This document shows positions 36,515 to 46,750 of a stretch of DNA of 61,310 nt, in pieces (position 1 is the stretch's first letter; each line of letters begins with the position of its first letter). The position numbers and the translations under genes were made by a program. The notes below the pieces were generated by a model. That model was not told the DNA's origin, did no database searches, and worked only from the letters and a program-made list of their open reading frames with translations. This DNA comes from a virus (Duplodnaviria > Caudoviricetes). Location of the stretch: positions 1-61,310 of the IMG/VR virus record IMGVR_UViG_3300009506_001467; one strand, written 5' to 3'.

Positions 36515-38536
36515 CTAGCCTCTCTTTACAAAGTACAGCTCACTCTTGCTCCGTGTTAGTGCTACATAGAGGATGTTCCGCTCTTGCTGCACATCCTCGG
36601 GGCGGGTCGCTTTCGGGTGCGGCATCAGCCCGGGCTCGAGAATCCAAACTCGCTCGCTCTCTGCGCCTTTCGCTTTATGCACACTCGAGAACGTGACACC
36701 CTCCTGCTCATCTGAGAATACGCTCTGGATCTTGCGCTCGAGCTCTCGTACCGTCTCGCAGCCATCGCTCAGAGCGTAGATCGTCTCCGCATTGTCCTCT
36801 AGGTTCTGCGCTCGCAGCTCTGCGCCTCTCTTGATGAGCTTGGCAACCTCGTGCCTCGTGTAGACAACCATCTGCTCGAGCGTATCCTCTAGAGTGTGGA
36901 CTCTGTACTTTTTCTGCACCCTGTAAACCATCTGCAGGAGCCCCTTGCCGATGTCTCGCCCGAGTATAACTGCTTTCTTGCCTTGTCGGATCAGGTCGAA
37001 CGCTGGCTTAACTAGTGGAGCATTGCAGCGGCAGAGCACCATGTCCCCTTGCTTGACGTCTCTCTGGAACTTGAACTCTCCGACCGTCTCAACCGTGCCT
37101 TCCGCTGCGCCCTCTCTCGCCTCGATGTGCGGGACCAGCTCTTGTGCGAGCTTGACGTGTGAGCTCGGGCAGCGGTAGGTGATGCTCAGTGGCAGTACTT
37201 TTGCGCCTGTTGCCTTGATCAGCCCTGGGATAGCGTTGATATCCGCGCCCCTGAACCCGTATATGCTTTGCCAGCGATCCCCGACCCCGATGATCCTTCC
37301 CGACTCTTTCACACTGCGCAGCGCCATCTTGATCTGGGCTGCGTTCCAGTCCTGTACCTCATCCCCGAACAAGATGTCAAACTGCTCGCAAGGAACTCTC
37401 CCGGTCGCGCAAAAGTCTATCATGTCGTCAAAGTCTACGATCTTTGTCTCTGCTCTACTGAGTGCAAGCACCTTGCGAGCGATGTCAAAGATTGTATCCT
37501 GAGAGTCGTTGATCTCGATGTTATAGCTTGAGCAGAGCTGCCAGAGCGTGCTATCATCTGACCCGCTCATGGTCGCCTTGATCAGGCTTACCAGTTTCTG
37601 GATGCTTGTCTTGTTGAGCATAACGATCTCGTACCCATCGGTGGGGAGTTTCTCTGCGAGGTTCGCGATCAGGTCTTGCACCTTGTTGGGCTCGACCTTG
37701 ACTCTGCCCAGAGCTGCTCTGATATTCGAGAGCCCGAGGCTGTGCAGCGTGCTGACCGAGACGTGCTCTGGCGCCCTGCGGCTCAGCTCTTTTGCGATGT
37801 GCGTATTGAACGCAACGAAAGCGACCTTGGCATCCTTTGGGGTGTACTCGAGCCCGTGGACGATCGTTGTCGTCTTGCCGCTGCCCGCTACCGCCTCGAT
37901 GACCAGGTTTCCTGTACCGTGCTCGATCTCTGTAAAGATCGCTCTCTGGTACTCGCTCCACTTGATCTCTTTTTTCTCTGCTCTCTCTGTGCTCTCTGCT
38001 TGCTCAACGTTGCGGGTTCCTCTGCACTTTGGAAAGTCGGAGCAGCCCCAGAACTGGGAGCCCGCGTTCTGACCCTTGCGAGCTGTGCGCAGAACCATCT
38101 CAGCCCCGCACTTTGGGCAGCTCGGTGACTCGCTCTCGAGCTCTGTGCTCTCTCCGCTCTCGATCTTTGGTGCGGGGGTCAACCCAGCGGTCGCAACGAG
38201 CGCCCCGAACTTTTCAACAAAGCGATCGTCCCATCCTTCTGTTCGCTGTGTGTACGACTCTTTGCCCATCGGGACCCATTCTCTGCGATCGTTGAGGTAC
38301 GAGATCCAGAGTCGGATCGAGTCCTTGCCGGCCTCTGCGCTCACCCCGCTCGCCTTGACACTCGAGCGCACCCAGATGGCTTTTCCTGACTCCCCGATCA
38401 GCACTGCGTATGTGTGCTCATTGAACTGTAGGCCCTGGTACGAGATGCGAGAGCCCTCTCGCTCAGAGAGATGCTCTCGAGCTGCTCTCACTAGTACTTG
38501 CTCGAACTCTTGCTTGCTGAACGTCTGTACTGTCAT
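36515..38536 (-). CDS. UvrD/Rep-like SF1 helicase with an N-terminal topoisomerase-type C4 zinc ribbon
   Basis: AVAGSGKTT, DEVQD, VGDRWQSIYGFRGAD, TYRC, HKAKGAE, YVALTR; CPKCG...FWGCSDFPKC zinc ribbon. Confidence 0.92.
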   Translation of the reverse strand: MTVQTFSKQEFEQVLVRAAREHLSEREGSRISYQGLQFNEHTYAVLIGESGKAIWVRSSVKASGVSAEAGKDSIRLWISYLNDRREWVPMGKESYTQRTEGWDDRFVEKFGALVATAGLTPAPKIESGESTELESESPSCPKCGAEMVLRTARKGQNAGSQFWGCSDFPKCRGTRNVEQAESTERAEKKEIKWSEYQRAIFTEIEHGTGNLVIEAVAGSGKTTTIVHGLEYTPKDAKVAFVAFNTHIAKELSRRAPEHVSVSTLHSLGLSNIRAALGRVKVEPNKVQDLIANLAEKLPTDGYEIVMLNKTSIQKLVSLIKATMSGSDDSTLWQLCSSYNIEINDSQDTIFDIARKVLALSRAETKIVDFDDMIDFCATGRVPCEQFDILFGDEVQDWNAAQIKMALRSVKESGRIIGVGDRWQSIYGFRGADINAIPGLIKATGAKVLPLSITYRCPSSHVKLAQELVPHIEAREGAAEGTVETVGEFKFQRDVKQGDMVLCRCNAPLVKPAFDLIRQGKKAVILGRDIGKGLLQMVYRVQKKYRVHTLEDTLEQMVVYTRHEVAKLIKRGAELRAQNLEDNAETIYALSDGCETVRELERKIQSVFSDEQEGVTFSSVHKAKGAESERVWILEPGLMPHPKATRPEDVQQERNILYVALTRSKSELYFVKRG

Positions 38537-38578
38537 CTTGTGATCTCCTTTATGTTCGTATGCTCACTGTCAAGAGCC

Positions 38579-38607
38579 ATTATATCACAAGACAGAACCA
38601 TTGTCAA
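38579..38607 (-). promoter_or_regulatory. Early promoter for the helicase operon
   Basis: TTGACA-17-TATAAT plus the TGACAGTGAG leader motif. Confidence 0.75.
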
Positions 38608-38622
38608 GGCCCAAACTATACA

Positions 38623-38654
38623 AAAAAAGAGCACGATCTCTTGTGCTCTTTTTT
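38623..38654. terminator. Intrinsic terminator
   Basis: aaaaaagagcac-loop-gtgctctttttt. Confidence 0.7.
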
Positions 38655-38665
38655 CTGGCTCGAGC

Positions 38666-38845
38666 TCAACCAGCGATCTCGTGCTCTTTTATCCACTTTC
38701 TCACTGTGGCCCACGCTGGCGGTTTGCTCAACCCCATGCGCTCTGCGTACATCTTGCGGCACTGGTCGACGTATCCCGTACTCTCCCAGCACTCTCTCAG
38801 CACCTGTACCTCTTGCTCACTGAGCTTGATCGGCGGTCTGCTCAT
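38666..38845 (-). CDS. Small HTH-like protein, 59 aa (not in the ORF track)
   Basis: Manual translation MSRPPIKLSEQEVQVLRECWESTG...PAWATVRKWIKEHEIAG; GGAGGG RBS. Confidence 0.55.
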   Translation of the reverse strand: MSRPPIKLSEQEVQVLRECWESTGYVDQCRKMYAERMGLSKPPAWATVRKWIKEHEIAG

Positions 38846-38846
38846 C

Positions 38847-39974
38847 TTACCCTCCCAGGCTCATGAACGCGGCGACCACAGCGGGAAGCGGGTACGTCTT
38901 GATGAGCTCCGCTCTGATCTCCTCATCATCCCGATCTGTTCTCATACTTACGATCGTCTTGACGATCTCGGGGTCTGCCACTGGCCCGCTCTGCTCTGTG
39001 CTTGGCATCTCGCTGCCGCCCATGATGCTCGTTGTCTCTGCAAGCTCCTTTTTGGCATCGAGCAGCATGAGCTCCATCTGCTTGTCACTGAGCAGCGGAG
39101 AGATCATCTCGAGCTCTGATTCCGAGGGCAGCTCGCCCGGCGCGGGGTTCGCAAGATCGCAGCCCTCTCTCAAGTACCTGTTGATCTCTGTCCACGTACA
39201 CACAGGCAGACGTCTCGGGAGCATCCGTCTCGGCTCCCAGAGATCGCCATCGATCGTGAGCGTCCCCATGCGCTCTTTGAGCACTAACCCCGCTGGCGCG
39301 CCATTCGAGTTGCTTGGCTCGTTGACCAGCCAGATCATGAGCTGCGCAAGGGGCTTGAGGATCTTTTTTCCACTCATCACGACCTTGTTCACGACCGGGT
39401 GACCGTTCTCCCACGGCGTCTTGAGATGGAACGTCAGGATGATCGTGTCCACGCCGCGATCCCAGATCGCTGCAAACAGGTTTTCATAGAGCGGGTACAC
39501 ACCCTGGGACCAGAACTTGCCAAAACCCGCTTTCTCAGAGACCCCGATCTTGCTTGGGTTCGCTGCACACCACGCAGCCATACCCGCCTCGAGTTTCTCG
39601 CCGGGATCCATCACATACGTGCTATACTTGCCCGGGGTCAAGTTCTCTGTGATGTCTTGCATAATGAACTCATAGAACTCGATCAGAGCTGCGCCCTTGC
39701 GAGCATCATGCCACGGGAGATCGCCCCGCTCGATGCTCTCGAGCAAGTCTGTGCCCTTGGGCAGCCTATCTCCAAACCTCATTCTACAGTCCACGTACCG
39801 CCCGATCTCGAGACCGTTCTGCTCGAGCTGATCGATCAGGTTGTTCATAGACCCTTCTGGATCTTGCCAGTACACCCGCTTGACCTCGCTGGGTGGCGTA
39901 GCAGTGAGTGCCCATGTCGTCTTGCCGATGCCGAACGGCCCGGTTGCAATGTACAGCCTTCTCTTGCTTTTCAT
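38847..39974 (-). CDS. P-loop AAA ATPase (AAA_24/Sak4-like)
   Basis: GPFGIGKTT Walker A, DPEGS, YVMD Walker B, ILTFH. Confidence 0.7.
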   Translation of the reverse strand: MKSKRRLYIATGPFGIGKTTWALTATPPSEVKRVYWQDPEGSMNNLIDQLEQNGLEIGRYVDCRMRFGDRLPKGTDLLESIERGDLPWHDARKGAALIEFYEFIMQDITENLTPGKYSTYVMDPGEKLEAGMAAWCAANPSKIGVSEKAGFGKFWSQGVYPLYENLFAAIWDRGVDTIILTFHLKTPWENGHPVVNKVVMSGKKILKPLAQLMIWLVNEPSNSNGAPAGLVLKERMGTLTIDGDLWEPRRMLPRRLPVCTWTEINRYLREGCDLANPAPGELPSESELEMISPLLSDKQMELMLLDAKKELAETTSIMGGSEMPSTEQSGPVADPEIVKTIVSMRTDRDDEEIRAELIKTYPLPAVVAAFMSLGG

Positions 39975-40975
39975 GTGTCCCTCTCTTTCCCCGGCTCGCC
40001 GGGGGACTTGTTCATAGCGGACAAGACCAGCGCCACGCTCTCGAGTGCGCTATACTCTGAGAATGTGTACTGAGCTCGCCCATCCGGTAGCACGGTGAGC
40101 TTGATCCCCTCCCCGCTCACCTGTATGGGTAGATCTTTGGGAAACGCGATCGAGATCTCGGAGAATCCTAGCACATCTCTGATCACTTGTCTACCCCTGA
40201 TCCCGCAGTACTCTCTCATTCTGTCCAGCAGTGTGCGCCCCCAGCCTTGCGCTTGCTTGAGTCGCCCCGAGGTCGTGTAGAGCAGCACTTGACCGAGTGA
40301 GGGCGGGCTCTCGATCGCATCGCACTCTGGATCGATCTGCCTTGCGAGCGCCTCTCTCTTTTTGCGTCCTACTCCTCTAGGAAACAGACTCCCCGTGGTC
40401 ACCCAGTTATCCGGTTCGCTGCTCAGTTTCTGCAAGGGGTGCTCTGGCGCAGTGGTTACACTTGGGTTCTCTGCGCACTTGCTCAAGATCTCGCTCATAG
40501 CTGTGAGCCAGCCCCCGATCTGATCGTCGTCCGTCAGTATGTCATACCACCCGCCGCGCACACACCACCACCTGAGCTTGCCCCGTATGCTCTCGAGCGT
40601 CCACCCTGTTGATCTGCCGCCCGCTATGGCGTACCCATTGCGATCGAACTCGAGATCAGTGATCAGGAGCACGCATCTCTCTGGACTTGCCCATTCTCTC
40701 ATGCGCCTGTGGATGTCTGCCAGATCTGGGATCGAGTTTACAAAGTCCCCGCCGCTCTTTCGCTGTATGAGCAACCCGCTCTCAAGGTACTTGCGCAGAG
40801 TCGCACGGACAAGGGCGTTGTCCTGCCGCATGTCTTGCAGTAGGATGCGCTCACTAGTGAGCAGCATGTCCGCTCCTGTGCGCTCCTCGAACCCGGCGAT
40901 CTCTACTGCACAGCTCTGCACAGCCTCTGGCAGCCTCGAGCCCTCTCTGCTCTCTGTTGGGTCTATACCGATCAT
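39971..40975 (-). CDS. ERCC4/XPF-like nuclease
   Basis: IDPTE N-terminus, GAD, LLIQRKSGGDFVNSI (ERKxxxD-like), C-terminal HhH-like GVG and GWG segments. Confidence 0.65.
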   Translation of the reverse strand: MIGIDPTESREGSRLPEAVQSCAVEIAGFEERTGADMLLTSERILLQDMRQDNALVRATLRKYLESGLLIQRKSGGDFVNSIPDLADIHRRMREWASPERCVLLITDLEFDRNGYAIAGGRSTGWTLESIRGKLRWWCVRGGWYDILTDDDQIGGWLTAMSEILSKCAENPSVTTAPEHPLQKLSSEPDNWVTTGSLFPRGVGRKKREALARQIDPECDAIESPPSLGQVLLYTTSGRLKQAQGWGRTLLDRMREYCGIRGRQVIRDVLGFSEISIAFPKDLPIQVSGEGIKLTVLPDGRAQYTFSEYSALESVALVLSAMNKSPGEPGKERDT

Positions 40976-41044
40976 GATAACCCTCTCTCAGAGAAAAGAG
41001 GAGAGAGCACTGTGCTCTCTCCTCCTCTACTCAGTGCGCTTGCT

Positions 41045-42343
41045 CTACTTGCTCCGAGATGCGATCCAGCTCCTGAAAGCCTCCACATCGTCCACGGTAC
41101 ATTGCAGCTCTGCCGCAGCGTCTGCCGCTGGCTTGCCGTTATGCTGTGAGACTTGAGCGGCAAACGTCTCGGGGGTAAATCCTGCCGCCTTCCACGCCAC
41201 GGGCACTGTGGGCACCGCGATCTTTGGCGCTGCGCTCACTGCGTCCTCGCTGCTCTCGCTCTCGATCGCTGCTCGAGCTGCGCTCTCATCGGCAAAGATC
41301 TCGGCGAGCGCCACGATGTTACGCCGACGATCGCCAGAGTCCGTCTCAAAGACCTCATCCACCTTTGGGTTGTTCAAGTACATGGCGCGGCACCACACGG
41401 GGGTTTCCCACGCACTCGTTGCGAACTTGATGCAAAAGTCCAGCAAGGGGCTTGTGGTCGCGCCCTTGGGCTGCTCGCTCTCGGGCAGCACCTGACCGTT
41501 CTCTCCGCGGGCGATGGGCAAGCTCTTTTCTGGATCGTTCTCGCCCAGTGCAGCCCACAGAGCTGTGCGCCGCTCGTAGGCGATCGAGTACACATATGGT
41601 ACCTTGGCGAGTCCTTTCTCTCGCACAGAGACGATCGCAGCTCTCTGCTCCAACCCCTCACGGTCCATGAGCTCTTTGACAAACTCATCAAACTCATCCC
41701 GCTCTGCTTTCTTTGCGTCGGGGTGACCGTACATGAGCTCAAAGAACCGATCGTCATAGACCGTATTCTGGTCGAGCAGCTCATCATATGAGAACACAGG
41801 GCGATCGATCATCCCCAGGTACAGAGCTGCCGCCTGTACGGCGATCGGGAGGGTAATGAGCTGGTACTCGTGCCTGTACTTTCTGCTCGCCATCGTTTTG
41901 ACCCGGACATCGTTGCTCATTATCTCGGGCCACTTGAGACGGTTCTCGTCCGACGACCAGTTCAAGATCCTGTCCCGCTTGATCTCGAGATGCCATCTCA
42001 TCTCTGGCGCGATCTTTTTGCCTTGCTCGTTCTCGCTGCCGATCAGCTCGGTTGCCTTGAGGGCATCCGCTTTGCTCTTGTAGTAGTAGCGGTATCCCCA
42101 TTGCCCCATAGGCTGCAAATACTGAGGGGTCGGTACCTGATCGTCATCGCCAACGCTCTCGTTGTACTTTTTATAGTTGTCCTCAGAGCTCAACGTCCAG
42201 AACATTGCCGCCATCACTGGCGCAATGAATCCAGACGGCTGGAAGTCTCCCCCAGCCGGGACCTCTGCTTGCTCGCCGCTCACCTTGACGCCGAGAGCTT
42301 CCATCTTGCGTTGATATGCTGTAAGATCTGCTTGCTGTGTCAT
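41045..42343 (-). CDS. Hypothetical protein (first large gene of the recombination operon)
   Basis: 432-aa ORF with GAGGGA RBS; no recognised motif. Confidence 0.7.
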   Translation of the reverse strand: MTQQADLTAYQRKMEALGVKVSGEQAEVPAGGDFQPSGFIAPVMAAMFWTLSSEDNYKKYNESVGDDDQVPTPQYLQPMGQWGYRYYYKSKADALKATELIGSENEQGKKIAPEMRWHLEIKRDRILNWSSDENRLKWPEIMSNDVRVKTMASRKYRHEYQLITLPIAVQAAALYLGMIDRPVFSYDELLDQNTVYDDRFFELMYGHPDAKKAERDEFDEFVKELMDREGLEQRAAIVSVREKGLAKVPYVYSIAYERRTALWAALGENDPEKSLPIARGENGQVLPESEQPKGATTSPLLDFCIKFATSAWETPVWCRAMYLNNPKVDEVFETDSGDRRRNIVALAEIFADESAARAAIESESSEDAVSAAPKIAVPTVPVAWKAAGFTPETFAAQVSQHNGKPAADAAAELQCTVDDVEAFRSWIASRSK

Positions 42344-42476
42344 TGTTTGTCCCTCTCAGAAAGTTTGTTGGTAGGCTTTGATACCGGGCTCGACCACGCT
42401 CGAGCTGCGACAAGGTAGCGACCCTTGACCGATGCGCTTGACCCTCCATCTCATATACTCTCATAATCTCGCACTT

Positions 42477-42506
42477 ATTCTATCACACTTGCCACGGGTA
42501 CGTCAA
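42477..42506 (-). promoter_or_regulatory. Promoter for the recombination operon
   Basis: TTGACG-18-TAGAAT; ATGATC cluster immediately upstream. Confidence 0.6.
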
Positions 42507-42509
42507 GGA

Positions 42510-42532
42510 GATCATGATCAGGATCATGATCA
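42510..42532. repeat. GATCATGATCA tandem cluster
   Basis: gatcatgatca-g-gatcatgatca. Confidence 0.6.
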
Positions 42533-43294
42533 AAACGGGAGCTGCCCTCTCAGTCTATAGTCCTTGACACACACATACACATCCCCGATCTCGTTGTATG
42601 CTCTGTCAAAGTCTCCCACGTCGATTCCCAGCCCAAAGATCGCACTCGGGAACGTCGCCGGGCCGATCTCTGTGCTGCCATCTGTTGTAGGTTTTAGAAA
42701 CTTGAGACGACCCCAGACGTTACACCGGGGGAACTCTCTGAGCTCTCTATACCACGCCGTGTCTGTCCGCGATGCGATCAAGATCACAGCTTGCCTGACT
42801 CGCTTGGCCTCGTACTCTGCGAGCAGCTTGTCCACAAACTTTGCCTGGACGTTGCTCTTGTTATACGGCGGGTTCATGAACACCCGAGACGGGATCGCGC
42901 CCATGTTCCCCGGCAGCTCGATGTGCCACTCTCTAGTGAGCGAGTCGTCCTCTACAGTCCAGTGAACGAGAGCAGGAATGTTGTAGCTCCTACCCTCTGG
43001 CGTCGTCTCTGAGCACGGGTCGAGATCGATCCCGCTCATGAGCTGCTCTGCTGGACCCCACACAGCCTGGGGTGAGAGCCAGATCACAGAGCCAGAGCTC
43101 TGCGTGATGTTCTCCTTTTTGACGAACCCGGCGATCTCTACCTCTGCTGTGTTCCGCTCGTGCTCTGCGCCACAGTCTGGGCATATCGCCTCTACCTCGT
43201 TGTCGCCCATCCACTGCTTGTGCGTCGTCTCTGTATCCCAGATCGCTGCGCACTTGCGGCAAACCCATGTGAGCCGTATGTTGTACTCAGCCAT
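42530..43294 (-). CDS. Phage DNA N6-adenine methyltransferase with an N-terminal zinc ribbon
   Basis: IDLDPC, VFMNPPY, ASRTDTAWY, GRLKF, FPSA motifs; CRKC...CPDC N-terminus. Confidence 0.88.
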   Translation of the reverse strand: MAEYNIRLTWVCRKCAAIWDTETTHKQWMGDNEVEAICPDCGAEHERNTAEVEIAGFVKKENITQSSGSVIWLSPQAVWGPAEQLMSGIDLDPCSETTPEGRSYNIPALVHWTVEDDSLTREWHIELPGNMGAIPSRVFMNPPYNKSNVQAKFVDKLLAEYEAKRVRQAVILIASRTDTAWYRELREFPRCNVWGRLKFLKPTTDGSTEIGPATFPSAIFGLGIDVGDFDRAYNEIGDVYVCVKDYRLRGQLPF

Positions 43295-43478
43295 GTTCCC
43301 CCTCCACTCTCTTTTTGATCTCTGCCCATCGCTCGAGCGCAACGAGCGAGAGAGCGTACACCTGCCCATATCCCCCATGTCTCAGCCCCCTGGTGATGTC
43401 TCGCAGCACCTTGAGGGTGAGCTCTACTACTTGATCGTCGCTCATCTCTGCGATCTGCTCAGAACTTGGTAATGGCAT
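43287..43478 (-). CDS. Hypothetical protein
   Basis: Packed between the HNH and MTase genes. Confidence 0.5.
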   Translation of the reverse strand: MPLPSSEQIAEMSDDQVVELTLKVLRDITRGLRHGGYGQVYALSLVALERWAEIKKRVEGEHG

Positions 43479-43479
43479 C

Positions 43480-44004
43480 TCATTCCGTCCAGATCTTGTT
43501 TTTCAGAATACGGCACACTGTAGACAAGCAAACAGGATAGATCTCTGAGAGCTTACTCGGAGCGATCCCGCTCTTGTGCTGCGCTCTCATCTCTCGCACG
43601 AGATCCCAGGTCATCTTGGATTGTGGGTGTCTCTCTCCTGCTGGCAACCCCCGAGATCTGCCCTTCTCTGTCTTGTCTCTGTTGTTGTCTTGTATGGTTC
43701 CCAGAAACAAGTGATCTGGGTTCACACAGGACGGGTTATCGCAGTGGTGGCAGATACACATCCCGGTTGGAATACTTCCCTTGAACAGAGCCCAGGCAAG
43801 TCTATGCGCTCTCCAACGAACATAGTCAACAGTGATCCTGCCGTATCCGTCATGCTCTGTGTATCCTGTCCACAGCCAGCAGTCCCCCGATCGGTCAACG
43901 TTCTCGAGGAACCGCCCAAGCTCTCGCCCTGCACTGCTAAAACTTGACAAGACTTTCTTGCAGTGCTTGGGACAAGTACTTTCTGACCCGTGTATAATTC
44001 CCAT
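43480..44004 (-). CDS. HNH homing endonuclease (start uncertain)
   Basis: CWLWTG...GYG...RAHRLAW...CHHCDNPSCVNPDHLFLGT; C-terminal HTH. Confidence 0.85.
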   Translation of the reverse strand: MGIIHGSESTCPKHCKKVLSSFSSAGRELGRFLENVDRSGDCWLWTGYTEHDGYGRITVDYVRWRAHRLAWALFKGSIPTGMCICHHCDNPSCVNPDHLFLGTIQDNNRDKTEKGRSRGLPAGERHPQSKMTWDLVREMRAQHKSGIAPSKLSEIYPVCLSTVCRILKNKIWTE

Positions 44005-45682
44005 CAGCAATAGCGACAAGTCCCCGCCTTTCTGTTGGTGTATCATAGTCAAAGTCCCTTCCTCTACGTGTTCTACCGAGTGACTGTTCAAGTGTCCAGG
44101 CCGCACGTTGCAGATAGAATTTCCCACTATACCTTTGGCGTGCTCTCTCGTACGGATCCCCGAGATATGGGAACGGCACTTTTGCAGATATACAGATCTT
44201 TTCGTCAAGCTCCGGGTAATAGACACCGTTGATCATTCCCGATCCGTCCATCCCCTCTGCGAACTGCCAGCAGATCATGATCGCGCCCGGTGACATCTTG
44301 CGCCGCAGCAGCCAGAGCTCTGCTTGCTCATCTGTTCCCAAATATCCCCTTGTACAGTTTGGGCCATACAGGCAGAGCTTGCAGTCCAGATCGCAGTGCT
44401 GCGCACTGGTCGGCGGGATCCACACTCTACCCTTGAGACCGAGCTCGATCAAGCGTCCGGCAAGCAACGGGGCCTCACTCTTTCTTGTGACGTGGATCAT
44501 ACCGCACCAACTCGAGGGCGCAGACTCGATCGCCGCAGCGATCACCTCCGCTTGCTTTTCATACTCTGCACTGCCTGACTTGTGTCCCATCCTCGGCGCA
44601 TCGAGCACAAAAACGGGACGCGCCTCTGGCGGGTACGGGTTCTGCATCCTGCGGTGGTCAAACGTACTCAGCCCGAGTTCCTCTCCAAACGTCTCAAAGT
44701 CCCCGATCGTTGCGGACATGATCACTGTACTCTTTGAGCTCGTGAACAACCTGGGAAAGTGATGTCTTGCTGTGAGCGGTCGGATCACCAAGCCCGGCGT
44801 CGGCTCGTACACTCCCGATCTCCTGTTGAGTCTCTGTAGAGCTCGAGGGCCAGACTCAATGTACCACGCATCCTCACACAGATCGATCGCTGTGCGGGTC
44901 GTCTCTAGTTTGTGCTGCAAGTGAGACGCTTTTCGAGCTTGCTCTCTAGAGTCCGCACTCTGTAGAGCGGCAACGTGCTTGCCCATGACCCTGATCGCTC
45001 TCTCGAGCCACTCTCTCACGAGATCGATCGGGTCGTCTTGCTCTACAACGTCCATTACCGTGAGGTTCCCGAACGCGGAGATCATTCTCGGCAGATCGTC
45101 CGATCTGCTCGCTGCAATGCGTGGAAACTCGGGTAGCCACCATCTCTGTTGTGTGCTTGCGTCTATTGTACAGCCCGACCACTCGAGCACGAGATCCGAG
45201 AGCTGGTGGCCCTCATCGAGGAACATCACATCATGCGGGCACTCTCGGAAGAACTTTGATCGCAGATAATACGCATAATTGAGGCTCGCCTTTCTGCTTG
45301 CTCTCACGATGTCTCTCTGTACGATGTACGGGCAATCACTGTAGACCTCGCATCTTGACATGCGATCTGAGTACAGGCACTCCCCCGCGGTCGCGCCGTA
45401 CTCTGCGTCCTCGTGTATGCACTCATAGTTATCCTTGCCAAAGAGCGGATCGAACCCGTACTCCTCGGAATAGTTCTTGACTTGCAGCACTTTGGTCCTG
45501 CACACTGCAAGCACGCTTTTCTCACTCGCAGAGCCCGCGGCGATCGCGGTCTTGCCACTGCCTGTCGGTGCCTCGAGCACACCGACGCCCTCTACACGCA
45601 TTGCCCAGAGCAGAGACTCCTCTTGCCCATCTCTGAACTCATCATGATTGCTCGGCAACCCATAGTCCTGCGGGCTAGACAT
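43937..45682 (-). CDS. DinG/XPD-family SF2 helicase
   Basis: APTGSGKT, GKDNYEC and Fe-S-type Cys cluster, DEGH, MSAT, KVPFP, QSLGRTRR. Confidence 0.9.
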   Translation of the reverse strand: MSSPQDYGLPSNHDEFRDGQEESLLWAMRVEGVGVLEAPTGSGKTAIAAGSASEKSVLAVCRTKVLQVKNYSEEYGFDPLFGKDNYECIHEDAEYGATAGECLYSDRMSRCEVYSDCPYIVQRDIVRASRKASLNYAYYLRSKFFRECPHDVMFLDEGHQLSDLVLEWSGCTIDASTQQRWWLPEFPRIAASRSDDLPRMISAFGNLTVMDVVEQDDPIDLVREWLERAIRVMGKHVAALQSADSREQARKASHLQHKLETTRTAIDLCEDAWYIESGPRALQRLNRRSGVYEPTPGLVIRPLTARHHFPRLFTSSKSTVIMSATIGDFETFGEELGLSTFDHRRMQNPYPPEARPVFVLDAPRMGHKSGSAEYEKQAEVIAAAIESAPSSWCGMIHVTRKSEAPLLAGRLIELGLKGRVWIPPTSAQHCDLDCKLCLYGPNCTRGYLGTDEQAELWLLRRKMSPGAIMICWQFAEGMDGSGMINGVYYPELDEKICISAKVPFPYLGDPYERARQRYSGKFYLQRAAWTLEQSLGRTRRGRDFDYDTPTERRGLVAIADGNYTRVRKYLSQALQESLVKF

Positions 45683-46343
45683 GGACGTGCTCCTCTCTCT
45701 TGATCGGCTCCTGTGTCGCCTTGTCTATCATCACCCATGCCCAGTGCGCGCCTCTTTTCTCGGACAAGATCTCTACCGTGCTCTCCCGATCGTCTCGGAT
45801 GTACGCCTTTGCTTTGTTGACCATCGCCCAGGCGAACCCCTCCACCATTGCGAGTTGCTGTAGGTCTCTCACAGCGATCTCTGGTCCGATCTGTCGGAAC
45901 GTGCTCGCCAGCCAGCCCATGCACTGCGAGAACTTTGTGCCCTCTCTGCTCTGAGCGATGATACTAGAGAGCGGGTCGCGCGCCACGTCCTGGTGCATTG
46001 CCTGTAGGTCAGACGGGCTGATCCCGGCGATCTCGCACTGCTGTTCTATCAAGTCTGCAAGCTCCTCAGATTCATCGAGCTGCTGGTACAAGCTCACCAT
46101 CTGGTAGATCATGTCCCTCAGTCTCTTTTTGCGCCGCATCTCTACCCAGTTCCAGAACAGGGCGCGTGCCGACCTCTTTTTCTGTGGGGGTTCCCATACT
46201 AGAGACCATTCGTCTGCAAGCAGACCCAAGAACTCATTGACCTTGATCCCTTGCTGGTTCGCGAGCTCAACCAGGATCGAGTGCGTCTCCTCCTCAACAG
46301 GTACAAAGTTCAGTACTCGCTTGTCGTCCTGTGCTTGAGGCAT
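45675..46343 (-). CDS. Putative DNA-binding protein
   Basis: N-terminus resembles a ribbon-helix-helix (NFVPVEEETHSILVELA); GAGAGGG RBS before ATG 46343. Confidence 0.55.
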   Translation of the reverse strand: MPQAQDDKRVLNFVPVEEETHSILVELANQQGIKVNEFLGLLADEWSLVWEPPQKKRSARALFWNWVEMRRKKRLRDMIYQMVSLYQQLDESEELADLIEQQCEIAGISPSDLQAMHQDVARDPLSSIIAQSREGTKFSQCMGWLASTFRQIGPEIAVRDLQQLAMVEGFAWAMVNKAKAYIRDDRESTVEILSEKRGAHWAWVMIDKATQEPIKREEHVHV

Positions 46344-46680
46344 GTTCCCTCTCTCTCTTTTGCACAAACTGATCCCAAACGCGAGCCGCCCCATGACTGT
46401 TACACATGGGGCAGAGCTGTGGTGTGTTCTTGTATGTCGTCTTGAGGTACTGCTCAAAGTCCCGGCCCGCGTCCTCCCAGACAAACGCGAGCTTGATCTT
46501 GATGCCTTGCTGCTTTGCGACTCTGCACAAGTGACCGCCGCTTCCCGATCTGTGCTGCTTGAGTCGCCTCTCGATGTTTTCTGTATAGCCAACATAGTGC
46601 CGGGCGTGGGCTGTGTAGCCGTTGCCCTTGTGTCTCGATACACCGATCGGCTCTGAAAAGTGCAGAATATAGACCGCCAA
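46294..46680 (-). CDS. GIY-YIG nuclease
   Basis: VYILHF...HYVGYTENIERRLKQHRSG...E..LK. Confidence 0.8.
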   Translation of the reverse strand: MAVYILHFSEPIGVSRHKGNGYTAHARHYVGYTENIERRLKQHRSGSGGHLCRVAKQQGIKIKLAFVWEDAGRDFEQYLKTTYKNTPQLCPMCNSHGAARVWDQFVQKREREHASSTGRQASTELCTC

Positions 46681-46720
46681 GATCCCTCTCTCTCAGTATG
46701 CTCACTGTCATGGGGACTCC

Positions 46721-46750
46721 ATCGTATCATGGTCCCCGTTGGTCTGTCAA
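46721..46750 (-). promoter_or_regulatory. Early promoter
   Basis: TTGACA-18-TACGAT with the TGACAGTGAG leader; the -10 lies inside a ggggac/gtcccc inverted repeat. Confidence 0.55.

Noticed and set aside
44005-44226. Long N-terminal extension of the HNH gene
   Set aside because: It overlaps the conserved C-terminal motifs of the DinG helicase; a later start is more plausible
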